Shown here: in pieces, positions 19,563-28,222 of the stretch
Layout of the letters: each line of letters opens with the position of its first letter
How positions within the stretch are numbered: position 1 is the first letter of the stretch
Source: Promethearchaeota archaeon
Lineage (GTDB): Archaea > Asgardarchaeota > Lokiarchaeia > Sigyniarchaeales > SOKP01
Assembly (NCBI GenBank): GCA_029838195.1
Contig: JALGVJ010000043.1
Span: 1-29,521 of the forward strand
DNA length: 29,521 nucleotides
Reading direction: 5' to 3'
Notes under the pieces: generated by a model
Databases searched by the model: none
What the model saw: the letters and a program-made list of their open reading frames with translations, nothing else
What the model was told of the DNA's origin: nothing
Made by a program: the position numbers and the translations under genes

Positions 19563-20408
19563 ATGTTATCAAAAGAAGAAGAGAAAGAAATTTTAATTGA
19601 GATTCTGGAAATCAAAAAAGACATACTAAAAATGATTTATCTCGCAAAATCAGGTCATCCCGGTGGATCTCTCTCATGTGTTACTCTTTTATATTTACTA
19701 CATGCAAGAATTTTAAATTTAAGAGAAAAAAACAAGAAGAAAAGAGATCTTTTTATTTTGAGTAAAGGTCATGCCGCCCCTGCTCTATATGCTGTTTTAT
19801 CGAGAATAGGTTTAATCCCTAATGAAGAGCTTTATACTTTGCGGCAATTTGATTCTAGATTACAAGGCCATCCCGTTCGGAATCAAGCTCTCAACATTGA
19901 AATCACGACGGGAAGTTTGGGTATGGGGTTATCAATAGGTGTAGGATGTGCGTTAGCAGCGAAAATAGACGGTGAAAATGAAAAAAAAATATATATTTTA
20001 TTAGGAGATGGTGAATTAGATGAAGGTGCGGTATGGGAAGCTGCAATGGCAGCAAATCACTATAAATTAGACAATCTCATCGCTATTGTCGATAGAAATG
20101 GATTGCAAATTGATGGAAATACGGAAGAGATAATGTCCTTGGAACCATTAGCAGAAAAATGGAGAGCTTTTGGGTGGCATGTTATCGAATTTGATGGGGC
20201 GAACTTGAACCAAATCCTTGAGGCATTCCAAAAAGCTAGAAATGTAATTAAAAAACCAACAATTCTTATTTCGTATTTAATTAAAGGAGCGGACATTTCT
20301 TTCATGGAACATATTAAAAAATATCATGGAAGAACTCCTACGAGTGAAGAATATGAAGAAGCGATAAGAGAATTGAATATAATTCAAGATCAATTAAAAA
20401 ACCAATAA
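19563..20408 (+). CDS. Transketolase, N-terminal (TPP-binding) subunit
   Basis: SGHPGGSLS, LSKGHAAP, LQGHP, TGSLGMG, GDGELDEG. Confidence 0.95.
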   Translation: MLSKEEEKEILIEILEIKKDILKMIYLAKSGHPGGSLSCVTLLYLLHARILNLREKNKKKRDLFILSKGHAAPALYAVLSRIGLIPNEELYTLRQFDSRLQGHPVRNQALNIEITTGSLGMGLSIGVGCALAAKIDGENEKKIYILLGDGELDEGAVWEAAMAANHYKLDNLIAIVDRNGLQIDGNTEEIMSLEPLAEKWRAFGWHVIEFDGANLNQILEAFQKARNVIKKPTILISYLIKGADISFMEHIKKYHGRTPTSEEYEEAIRELNIIQDQLKNQ

Positions 20409-20416
20409 TACGAATC

Positions 20417-21349
20417 ATGGAGGAAAACTTGATGAGGGAATTTTTTGGAGATTATTTAGTGGAACTTGGAACCAAAAATAAAAAAATAGTGGTATTAGAT
20501 GGAGATTTGTCTGGCTCTACTAAAACCTTTAAATTTAATCAAGCATTTCCCGAGAGATTTTTCAATATCGGAATAGCTGAGCAAAACATGGTCGGGATCG
20601 CTATGGGACTAGCAATTTCCAATAAGATTCCCATCGTTAGTGGATTTTCTATTTTTACAACGGGTCGAGCATGGGAGTTCATGCGATTAGCATGTCATGA
20701 TAAACTTGATATAAAATTCATTACAACTCATGGAGGCTTAGTAGGAAAAGATGGAAGCACGCATCATGCGCTTGAAGATTTAAGCCTCACTTGTGCCTTA
20801 CCAAATTTAAATATTCTCATTCCCGCCGATATCATTGAATTAAAAAAAATGATGGATTTTTCTATTGAAAAGAAAGGTCCTTTCTATATCCGATTACCTC
20901 GAGAGGAATATCCGATCATTCATTCTGATTCATATCAATTTAAATTGGGTGTACCTGATCTCCTAAAAGAAGGAAAAGACATTTGTTTAATTGGCTTGGG
21001 ATATGGAACACATCTTGCGCTGGAATCAGCTCGACTATTAGAAAAGAAAGAAAATATATCAGTAAAAGTATTAAACTTATCTTCTATTAAACCCATACGA
21101 GAAGATATTTTGATATTAGAAATAAAAAATATGAAAGGAATTGTAGTTATTGAAGAACATAACGTTTATTGTGGAGTTGGCAGTATTCTTAGTAGAATTA
21201 TATCAACCCGTGATCCTAAACCAATGCAATTCGTAGGAGTGAATGATAATTTCAGCCAATCGGGAGAAAAATCGGTTCTATTAAGAAATGCAGGATTAAA
21301 CATTGATAATGTTATTGAAAAGGTAAAGCAATTATTAAAAAAAGAATAA
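20417..21349 (+). CDS. Transketolase, C-terminal subunit
   Basis: DLSGST, FPERFFNIGIAEQNM, DGSTHH, YIRL, EEHN. Confidence 0.95.
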   Translation: MEENLMREFFGDYLVELGTKNKKIVVLDGDLSGSTKTFKFNQAFPERFFNIGIAEQNMVGIAMGLAISNKIPIVSGFSIFTTGRAWEFMRLACHDKLDIKFITTHGGLVGKDGSTHHALEDLSLTCALPNLNILIPADIIELKKMMDFSIEKKGPFYIRLPREEYPIIHSDSYQFKLGVPDLLKEGKDICLIGLGYGTHLALESARLLEKKENISVKVLNLSSIKPIREDILILEIKNMKGIVVIEEHNVYCGVGSILSRIISTRDPKPMQFVGVNDNFSQSGEKSVLLRNAGLNIDNVIEKVKQLLKKE

Positions 21350-21381
21350 AAAACTTATTTTTATTAAGATTAATTTGGTTT

Positions 21382-21921
21382 TTAATTATTATTTGGTAAA
21401 TATCCCATCTGCTCTAACGCTTTTAAGATGATTTCCTTACTTTCTTCTATAGATTGTTTATCTGTCTCCACGATAATGTCCGGATTGTCCGGCTCTTCGA
21501 AGGGATGATCAATTCCCGTGAATTGTTTGATCTCCCCTGCTAACGCTTTTTTGTATAGCCCTTTAGGATCCCTTTTCATGCATTCTTCTAACGAACATTT
21601 GACATAAACTAAGATATAATCACCAATTTCTTTTCGGGAATATTCTCTAATCTTGTTATAAGGCGAAATAAAAGATGCAAGTACAGCTACTCCGTTTCTG
21701 GTTAATAATTTAGCCACAAAGGTCACTCTTTCAATATTTCTAATTCGATCTTCTTCAGAAAAACCTAAATCACTCGTTAAACTTTGTCTCACTATATCTC
21801 CATCCAATCTTTCTACTTTCATGCCTCTCTTCTTTAAATCTCGTGCAATCAAATCAGCAAGTGCTGATTTTCCTGATCCTGAAAGACCAGTAAACCATAA
21901 AGTAAATCCCTTATGCTCCAT
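21382..21921 (-). CDS. cysC: Adenylyl-sulfate (APS) kinase
   Basis: WFTGLSGSGKS P-loop, LDGDIVR, RDPKGLY, FTGIDHPFEEP. Confidence 0.96.
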   Translation of the reverse strand: MEHKGFTLWFTGLSGSGKSALADLIARDLKKRGMKVERLDGDIVRQSLTSDLGFSEEDRIRNIERVTFVAKLLTRNGVAVLASFISPYNKIREYSRKEIGDYILVYVKCSLEECMKRDPKGLYKKALAGEIKQFTGIDHPFEEPDNPDIIVETDKQSIEESKEIILKALEQMGYLPNNN

Positions 21922-21951
21922 TTTTTAAACAATAAATCTTGTAAATTTCAT

Positions 21952-21987
21952 TAAAATTTTAACTCACAATAAAATTTTAACTCACAA
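21952..21987. repeat. Perfect 18-bp tandem duplication (TAAAATTTTAACTCACAA x2)
   Basis: 21952-21969 is identical to 21970-21987; the second copy spans the sat stop codon. Confidence 0.9.
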
Positions 21988-23122
21988 AAGGATTTTCATA
22001 TTTTAAAATAACTCTCGCTACTTCCGGGCGCATGAGATCCGGTGTTGGCTCTTTGCCTGACATTAAAATGTCCCTTATCTTAGTTCCGCTAAAATATGCA
22101 TGAAATTCAGGAGGATGAGGGCAGATTTTATCATTTACAATCGAATTACACTTGTTGCATTTTGAAAATGAGCGGAAAAAAATGGGCTCAATCCCTAAAT
22201 CGGGAAATCTGTCAAAAATATCATGAGCATCGTATGGACCATAAAAATTCCCAACTCCAGCATGATCTCTTCCTATGATGATGTGGTCGCATCCAAAGTT
22301 TTTTCGGGCAATTGCATGGAAGATTGCCTCTTTTGGTCCTGCATACCTCATTTCGGTCTCAAAAGTGCTCAATACCACGCGATCTTTTGGATAATATTCA
22401 TCTATTAAGACTTTATATGCCTCAATAATTACCTCATCCCTGAAATCGCCTTTTTTTTTCTTTCCTATTACGGGGTTTATGAACAATCCATCCACATAAG
22501 TGAGACCTGCTTTTTGAACATATTCATGTCCCAAATGAGGAGGATTTCGTGTTTGAAATGCAACAACCCGGTTCCATTTTCTCGTCTTAAATAAAACCCG
22601 AGTTTCAATTGGTTTTAAATCTAATTCTGGAAATTGCGGCGCAGGTTCGTTAATTAAAAAGATTTCTCCACCTACTAATCTTTCTTTCATATTAAACACG
22701 GATTCCACTCCAGGATGGTCTCTATCAAGTGTTCCGTATACTTTTTGAGCCAATTCTTTTTTATTATAATCATAAATTTCTTCTAATCGCATTAATGCAA
22801 TCGGCACATTCTCAGAATCCGTAAGAATTATACTGTCGTCGCTTGAAAATTTTATCTCTTCTTTAGAGAGATCTAAAACAATGGGGATCGGCCACGCAAC
22901 ATTATTTTCAAGACACATGTGTTCTAAAACCGCAATATAATCATTGCGATTCATGAACCCCTCTAATGGACTGTAGACACCAAATACTATGTTTTTAATC
23001 ACCTTTAATGTCTCCGGATCAACTTGGACTTTTTCAAGTTCATGCATCTCGCTTAAAATTCTTTCCTTTTCGATTTTCGGCAATTCTTTATTTACTAAAT
23101 TACCACCATGTGGTTGGATCAT
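21977..23122 (-). CDS. sat: Sulfate adenylyltransferase
   Basis: PHGG, SPLEGFM, FQTRNPPHLGH, MRYAGPKEA, GRDHAGVG, SGTKIR. Confidence 0.97.
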   Translation of the reverse strand: MIQPHGGNLVNKELPKIEKERILSEMHELEKVQVDPETLKVIKNIVFGVYSPLEGFMNRNDYIAVLEHMCLENNVAWPIPIVLDLSKEEIKFSSDDSIILTDSENVPIALMRLEEIYDYNKKELAQKVYGTLDRDHPGVESVFNMKERLVGGEIFLINEPAPQFPELDLKPIETRVLFKTRKWNRVVAFQTRNPPHLGHEYVQKAGLTYVDGLFINPVIGKKKKGDFRDEVIIEAYKVLIDEYYPKDRVVLSTFETEMRYAGPKEAIFHAIARKNFGCDHIIIGRDHAGVGNFYGPYDAHDIFDRFPDLGIEPIFFRSFSKCNKCNSIVNDKICPHPPEFHAYFSGTKIRDILMSGKEPTPDLMRPEVARVILKYENPFVS

Positions 23123-23161
23123 GAATTTCTACTTTCCTCGTTTATTGTTATTATCTATTTT

Positions 23162-23401
23162 TTAATCTATATAACCCAGATCTCTCAATCTCTGCTTGAC
23201 TTTTTCTTCTTCTTCTTTTGTGAATGCCTGTTTTTTCCGCTCATCTTCTTCGATTGAAGATATAACTTGACGCAAGACATAAGTTACATAGCTCGAAACG
23301 GAAGAAAAACCAGTACCTTTCATTCGCTCTTTAATTTTATCCGCTAATGGTTTCGGAATTGAAACCGTTGTATATTTTACATCCTTATCTTCTTCTGACA
23401 T
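23162..23401 (-). CDS. Ribbon-helix-helix (CopG-like) DNA-binding protein with RLxxLGY tail
   Basis: Beta-strand YTTVSIP followed by two helices (GFSSVSSYVTYVLR); ends EEEKVKQRLRDLGYID. Confidence 0.85.
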   Translation of the reverse strand: MSEEDKDVKYTTVSIPKPLADKIKERMKGTGFSSVSSYVTYVLRQVISSIEEDERKKQAFTKEEEEKVKQRLRDLGYID

Positions 23402-23420
23402 GATATTTCATGATGCTTAA

Positions 23421-23470
23421 TTAATTGTCATTAATAGTCATTAATTATTATTAAATATTATTAATATCAT
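23421..23470. promoter_or_regulatory. Five phased 10-bp units upstream of the RHH-sat-cysC run; candidate operator
   Basis: TTAATTGTCA TTAATAGTCA TTAATTATTA TTAAATATTA TTAATATCAT, about 20-70 bp upstream of the RHH start. Confidence 0.45.
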
Positions 23471-23629
23471 CCTAAGAAGCTTCAAAATATATTTTTTAAA
23501 AAATAAAAGATAAAAAATTTAAAATACTATAATTTTATTAGGTTATTTTCTCAACCTTGATATAAAATTTGGTTAAGTTTGGAAAATTTTTAATAAATGA
23601 CTTCATGTAATAATAGAAGGTTAACATAC

Positions 23630-24577
23630 ATGGAAACTTTAATTACAGGTGGAGCAGGATTTATTGGAAGATGGGTGGTACAAAAATTATTATCAAAAAA
23701 TGAAAGAGTTGTTGTCATTGATAATTTAAGTAATGGATCACGTGAAAACTTGGCGGAATTCAGAAATAATCCAAATTTGATTGAATTCATTGTAGATGAT
23801 ATTTGCAATGACAAGATATTAAATTATCTTTTTAAAAAATATACTTTTTCTAAATGCATCCATCTTGCTGCCCAAATAAATGTTCAAGAAAGTATAGATA
23901 ATCCTCATAAAGCTTTTGAAAATAACGTAATAGGAACATATAAATTATTAGAGAAAGTCCGAAAATCAGGTACTAAATTAATCCTTGTAGGTACTTGTCT
24001 TGTTTATGATTTAGCAACTTCAAACTCCGCAATCTCTGAAGAGCATAAGACAAATCCCATGTCTCCATATGCGGCTTCTAAATTAGCAACTGAGGAATTA
24101 GCGTTATCGTATTACAACTGTTATAAAACACCCATAGTAATTCTGCGACCATTTAATACGTATGGCCCCTTTCAAAAAACTAATTCCGAGGGAGGCGTAA
24201 TTTCCATATTTCTAACACGGAAATTAAATAATCAAAATCTCATGATTTTTGGAGATGGCACTCAGACAAGAGATTTAATGTATATTGAAGATTGTGTTGA
24301 TTTTATCATTGAGGCTTCCGAAAAAAAAGAAGCTATTGGAGAAATCATAAATGCAGGAACCGGAAAAGATATCGCCATAAAAGATCTCGCTAGATTAATA
24401 ATTCAAGACGAGAATAAAATCGTGTATCAAAAACACCATCATCCACAAAGCGAAATCATGAAATTACGATGTGATCCTTCAAAAGCTAAAAAATTGCTTA
24501 ATTGGGAACCAAAATTCACTTTAGAAGAAGGAATAGCAAAATTTGAACGATGGCTAAAATCTTATAATAGAATATAA
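23630..24577 (+). CDS. NAD-dependent nucleotide-sugar epimerase/dehydratase (SDR)
   Basis: METLITGGAGFIG (likely start 23630), HLAAQINV, SPYAASK, RPFNTYGP, GDGTQTRD. Confidence 0.92.
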   Translation: METLITGGAGFIGRWVVQKLLSKNERVVVIDNLSNGSRENLAEFRNNPNLIEFIVDDICNDKILNYLFKKYTFSKCIHLAAQINVQESIDNPHKAFENNVIGTYKLLEKVRKSGTKLILVGTCLVYDLATSNSAISEEHKTNPMSPYAASKLATEELALSYYNCYKTPIVILRPFNTYGPFQKTNSEGGVISIFLTRKLNNQNLMIFGDGTQTRDLMYIEDCVDFIIEASEKKEAIGEIINAGTGKDIAIKDLARLIIQDENKIVYQKHHHPQSEIMKLRCDPSKAKKLLNWEPKFTLEEGIAKFERWLKSYNRI

Positions 24578-24720
24578 CATGTAATCTTAATATGAAGGAA
24601 TCTCAATGTTAGCGGAATATTTTTAAGCAAAAATCCCATAATTTTATTGCTTCTAATTTTTTTAAGCTCGGCATTCTAAAACTTTTATTCAGTTCTATTT
24701 GGGAGGAACTTTTTTTATTT

Positions 24721-25053
24721 TCATCCATGAACCCGAATAACATTATCTTTATTGATAAATTTCCACTTTGGACGATTTTTAAGAATAAATTCACGTAATT
24801 TATCTAAAGTTGGAAAATCATTTTTTCCGTTAAATAAATTGGCGTCATCAATTAATAGAACATGGTCATATTTAGAATATTTAAAGATTGCTTCTAATTC
24901 CTTCATTATGGGAGTATCAATCTTACCTCTCGCTGTTTTACCTCCAGAATAATGAGCATCTAACCAAAAAAGCACGGGGCGAGTTATATTGGACAAAATT
25001 TCAGGCAAAATATAAGCACTATCTCCATGATATAATTTTATATGATCAATATT
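24721..25053 (-). pseudogene. 5'-truncated methyltransferase-like gene fragment
   Basis: The frame extends upstream of the listed TTG as NIDHIKLYHGDSAYILPEIL...FWLDAHYSGG...LLIDDA and is bounded by TAA at 25056-25054. No N-terminal SAM-binding motif and no convincing start. Confidence 0.6.
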
Positions 25054-25068
25054 TTAAAAATAAGTAAC

Positions 25069-26025
25069 CTATTGCTCCTCAAACATTTCTTGAAGATGGT
25101 GAACATGACCTCGAGGATTTAAAATCTTTCTATTTTCTAAAAAAGATTTTATCGATTCTAGTCTTATAGTCCAAGTATGGTCTCTTAAGGCACGTTTCAA
25201 GCCATTTTGAGCAATTTTTACTCTTTCATCCTCATTTTCTAAATAATAGATGATTTTATCGAAGAGGTCCTTTTTATTTTTCCAGCATACAATCTCTTTA
25301 TCGATTTCAAAATATTCTTCCACGCAAGGTGTATATTGCATTAATTGAAATCCTCCTGCCATGCAGATTTCAAAAGTGCGAAGGTTAACAATTCTGCCTG
25401 GAGGTTCTTTAGGAGCAAAAGAAATATTGATTTTCGTTTGATTATATAAAAGATTAATCAATTCATAGGTCCACGGCATTTCATGGCCATGTCCTCTTGG
25501 AAATTTATATGATAAAATGTTTTTTTTACAAAATTTTTTTAACTGATTTAGCCAATAGCTTCTTTCTCCATAATGTTTTCCAAAAAAACTTATATCATAT
25601 AATTTAGTCGTTTTAATGGGATGGAAAATATAGGGATTTGCAGCCATTCCCATATAAATTATATTATTAATTTTATATTTTTCCATTAAAGGTCGTGCGT
25701 ATTTTTCTACGTACCATAGTATCGCAAAAACAGATCTTTTTGGATTATATGGACGCTCAATTACATTAGTTGCAAAAATTATAATTGGCATGTCAAAATT
25801 ATAATTCTTCCATTTGATTAAATCATATAAATCTCCATGAAATCCAAAAATAAAATCAGCATCAAGGTTTTCTTTAATACACTCAGCCAATGCATTTAAA
25901 TAGAGTGTTTTTTTTGAAGGATTTCTATGTTTAAAATTTTCCGGAATGATAATCTCATGATCTCGGTTCCATTCATTATAAATCTGAAAAAACCAATCCA
26001 AACAATGATTAAAAATTACTTTCAT
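25069..26025 (-). CDS. CgeB-like glycosyltransferase (GT-B)
   Basis: YDISFFG, KINISF, VNLRTFEI, YFEIDKEIV, YYLENEDER..IA..G, HTW..R. Confidence 0.85.
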   Translation of the reverse strand: MKVIFNHCLDWFFQIYNEWNRDHEIIIPENFKHRNPSKKTLYLNALAECIKENLDADFIFGFHGDLYDLIKWKNYNFDMPIIIFATNVIERPYNPKRSVFAILWYVEKYARPLMEKYKINNIIYMGMAANPYIFHPIKTTKLYDISFFGKHYGERSYWLNQLKKFCKKNILSYKFPRGHGHEMPWTYELINLLYNQTKINISFAPKEPPGRIVNLRTFEICMAGGFQLMQYTPCVEEYFEIDKEIVCWKNKKDLFDKIIYYLENEDERVKIAQNGLKRALRDHTWTIRLESIKSFLENRKILNPRGHVHHLQEMFEEQ

Positions 26026-26057
26026 AATGAGATGAGTGCTTTAGGAATTCTAAATTA

Positions 26058-26936
26058 TTATAATGTATTTTTATTCCTTAATTTTTCACTTAACCGTTGT
26101 TCTTCTCTTGAAATGCGTTTAGTTCCATCACCTCTCCATATATCAATTTTCTTTAAATCACGAATCAACCTCCGTAAACCTGAGAATCCGAGGCTTGCGG
26201 CTTGATCAGAGCCCCACATAGCACGGTCGAGAGTAATATGGCGCTCAATTACACGAGCACCCAAAGTAGCTGCAACAATAGAAGCTGAGATGCCATTTTC
26301 ATGCCCACTATATCCGATAATATAATCCGGATATTTTTTTTTCAAAATTGGAATATAATTTAGATTTAATTGATCATCGGGAGCCGGATAACTCGAATTA
26401 CAATGCATTATGACTAAGGGAAGATTTTTTAATAGATTTATGGCTTTTTCTATTTGAGTTTCCGTGCTCATGCCCGTGGATAAAAACACTGGTTTTCCCA
26501 AGCTCTTAATTTTTTCTATAAGTTCCTTATCAGTTAATTTTGCTGAGGCTATTTTATAACAAGGAATATCAAATTGCTCCAAAAAATCTACACTTGGAAG
26601 GTCCCAAGGTGAGGCAAACCAAATAATGTCTTTTTCTCTACAATAATTATCAATTATTTTATACTGCTTATAGTTAAACTCTATTTTCTTTCGATATTCC
26701 AGATACGTGATTTCCCCCCAGGGCGTATCATAAGGGAGAGATTTTTTATGCTCGGGTACACAGATCTCGGGAGTGCGTTTTTGAAATTTTACAGCATCTG
26801 CCCCGCATAAGCAAGCAAGATCAATTAATTTTAAAGCATTCTCTAAGGAACCATTATGGTTAATGCCGATTTCAGCAATAAAAAACACGTTTGAAGTATT
26901 CGATATAATTTTATTTTTTATTTTTATTTCCTTCAT
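26058..26936 (-). CDS. neuB: Nonulosonic acid (NeuB-family) synthase lacking the C-terminal SAF domain
   Basis: IAEIGINHNG, AVKFQKR, YKIASA, STGMS, HCNSSYP, GYSGHE, IERHITLDR; 292 aa. Confidence 0.92.
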   Translation of the reverse strand: MKEIKIKNKIISNTSNVFFIAEIGINHNGSLENALKLIDLACLCGADAVKFQKRTPEICVPEHKKSLPYDTPWGEITYLEYRKKIEFNYKQYKIIDNYCREKDIIWFASPWDLPSVDFLEQFDIPCYKIASAKLTDKELIEKIKSLGKPVFLSTGMSTETQIEKAINLLKNLPLVIMHCNSSYPAPDDQLNLNYIPILKKKYPDYIIGYSGHENGISASIVAATLGARVIERHITLDRAMWGSDQAASLGFSGLRRLIRDLKKIDIWRGDGTKRISREEQRLSEKLRNKNTL

Positions 26937-27023
26937 GATAAAATATGAATAAAAAGATATGATTTTAAATGAATTGTTTTACATCTCTTTCTAAGTCCTA
27001 TTTATTTCATTACTCTAATTTAG

Positions 27024-28184
27024 TCATTTTTTAATTATATGGGATAATAATAGATTACAAACATCTCGTATAAATCCCTTGCCTCCCTTAAATGGAGACA
27101 CGTATGAAGCGCGATCTTTAATTTTTTGTTGAGCATTTCGAGGGCAACACGAAAATGCTACTTTCTCCATCACGTCTAAATCCTGGATATCATCTCCTAA
27201 AAAACAAATTTCTTCATTTTCAAGTCCAAGTTTCTGTTTTAATTTCTCAAGTTGAGCTGTTTTATCTTTAACATTAATAAAAACGAATGGAATGTTTAGT
27301 TTTTTCATGCGTGCTTCCACGATAGGAGAATTTTCAGAAGTCATCACGGCGGTCATGAAACCTGCTTCATGGAGCAATTGAATTCCTTTCCCATCTATTC
27401 GAGAAAATCTTAAAAATTCTTCTCCTTTAGAATTCACAAGTACGCTTCCATCGGTCATCACGCCATCCACATCAAATATTACGAGTTTAATCTCTTTTAG
27501 GTGGTGATAATAATAAGAATGCGGTTTCTCATAACGCGTTCGAAAAAGATATCGAACGATTTCTAAATCCACCTCATCATCGATTTCAATGGACATCCAA
27601 CGAGGCATTATATAAAGAGAAATCTTACCACCTAACCGGTTTTTCTCTTCTTTTAAGAGTTTCTTCTTGGTAATGTAGATGGAACCGTTTTCCACGAATT
27701 CCCACTCTTTATTTTGTCGCATAGGTCGTTTTCTATAATCATAATTCAAGGACTTCGCATGCTTATCCCATAGGAAAGCGTGATTCTTACACACGCTTAA
27801 AAGAGAGTCTGATTTCTCGAATAAAATTAATTGAATTGCTTCATCTATTTGATGAGAATATCTGAGAGGAGATGTGGGTTGTAACAATACGAAATAATCA
27901 AAATCTTCTTCTAACCATTTCATAGCATGTAATAGAACAGATTCGGTTGAAGAATCATCTCTTGCTAATTCTTTTGGCCGATCAATGACTTTTGCTCCGA
28001 ATTTCAGAGAAAGTCTTTTTATTTCGGGGTCATCCGTGGAGACATACGTCTCACTAATGAATTTAGCCTCTCTCGATTGAAATATAGAATGAACAACGAG
28101 AGGAAATCCACTAAGGTTCACTAGATTCTTCCGTTTTATACCCTTGGAACCCCCACGCGCGGGAATGATTGAAATGAATTTCAT
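27024..28184 (-). CDS. neuA: CMP-nonulosonate synthetase fused to a KdsC-like HAD phosphatase
   Basis: IPARGGSKGIKRKN, LQPTSPLR, ENGSIY, IEIDD; then FDVDGVMTDG, DGKGI, GDDIQD, GGKGFIR. Confidence 0.92.
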   Translation of the reverse strand: MKFISIIPARGGSKGIKRKNLVNLSGFPLVVHSIFQSREAKFISETYVSTDDPEIKRLSLKFGAKVIDRPKELARDDSSTESVLLHAMKWLEEDFDYFVLLQPTSPLRYSHQIDEAIQLILFEKSDSLLSVCKNHAFLWDKHAKSLNYDYRKRPMRQNKEWEFVENGSIYITKKKLLKEEKNRLGGKISLYIMPRWMSIEIDDEVDLEIVRYLFRTRYEKPHSYYYHHLKEIKLVIFDVDGVMTDGSVLVNSKGEEFLRFSRIDGKGIQLLHEAGFMTAVMTSENSPIVEARMKKLNIPFVFINVKDKTAQLEKLKQKLGLENEEICFLGDDIQDLDVMEKVAFSCCPRNAQQKIKDRASYVSPFKGGKGFIRDVCNLLLSHIIKK

Positions 28185-28222
28185 TATTTTATTTAAATAA
28201 AAATTATAATATAGAAATTTAA

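Noticed and set aside
23421-23470. CRISPR-like array
   Set aside because: Units are only 10 bp with no spacers, and there are no cas genes
10362-26205. Short ORFs overlapping well-supported genes on the opposite strand (10362, 10940, 14333, 14630, 17808, 20060, 22096, 22223, 23590, 24752, 25927)
   Set aside because: They lie largely antisense to conserved genes and show no recognisable domains
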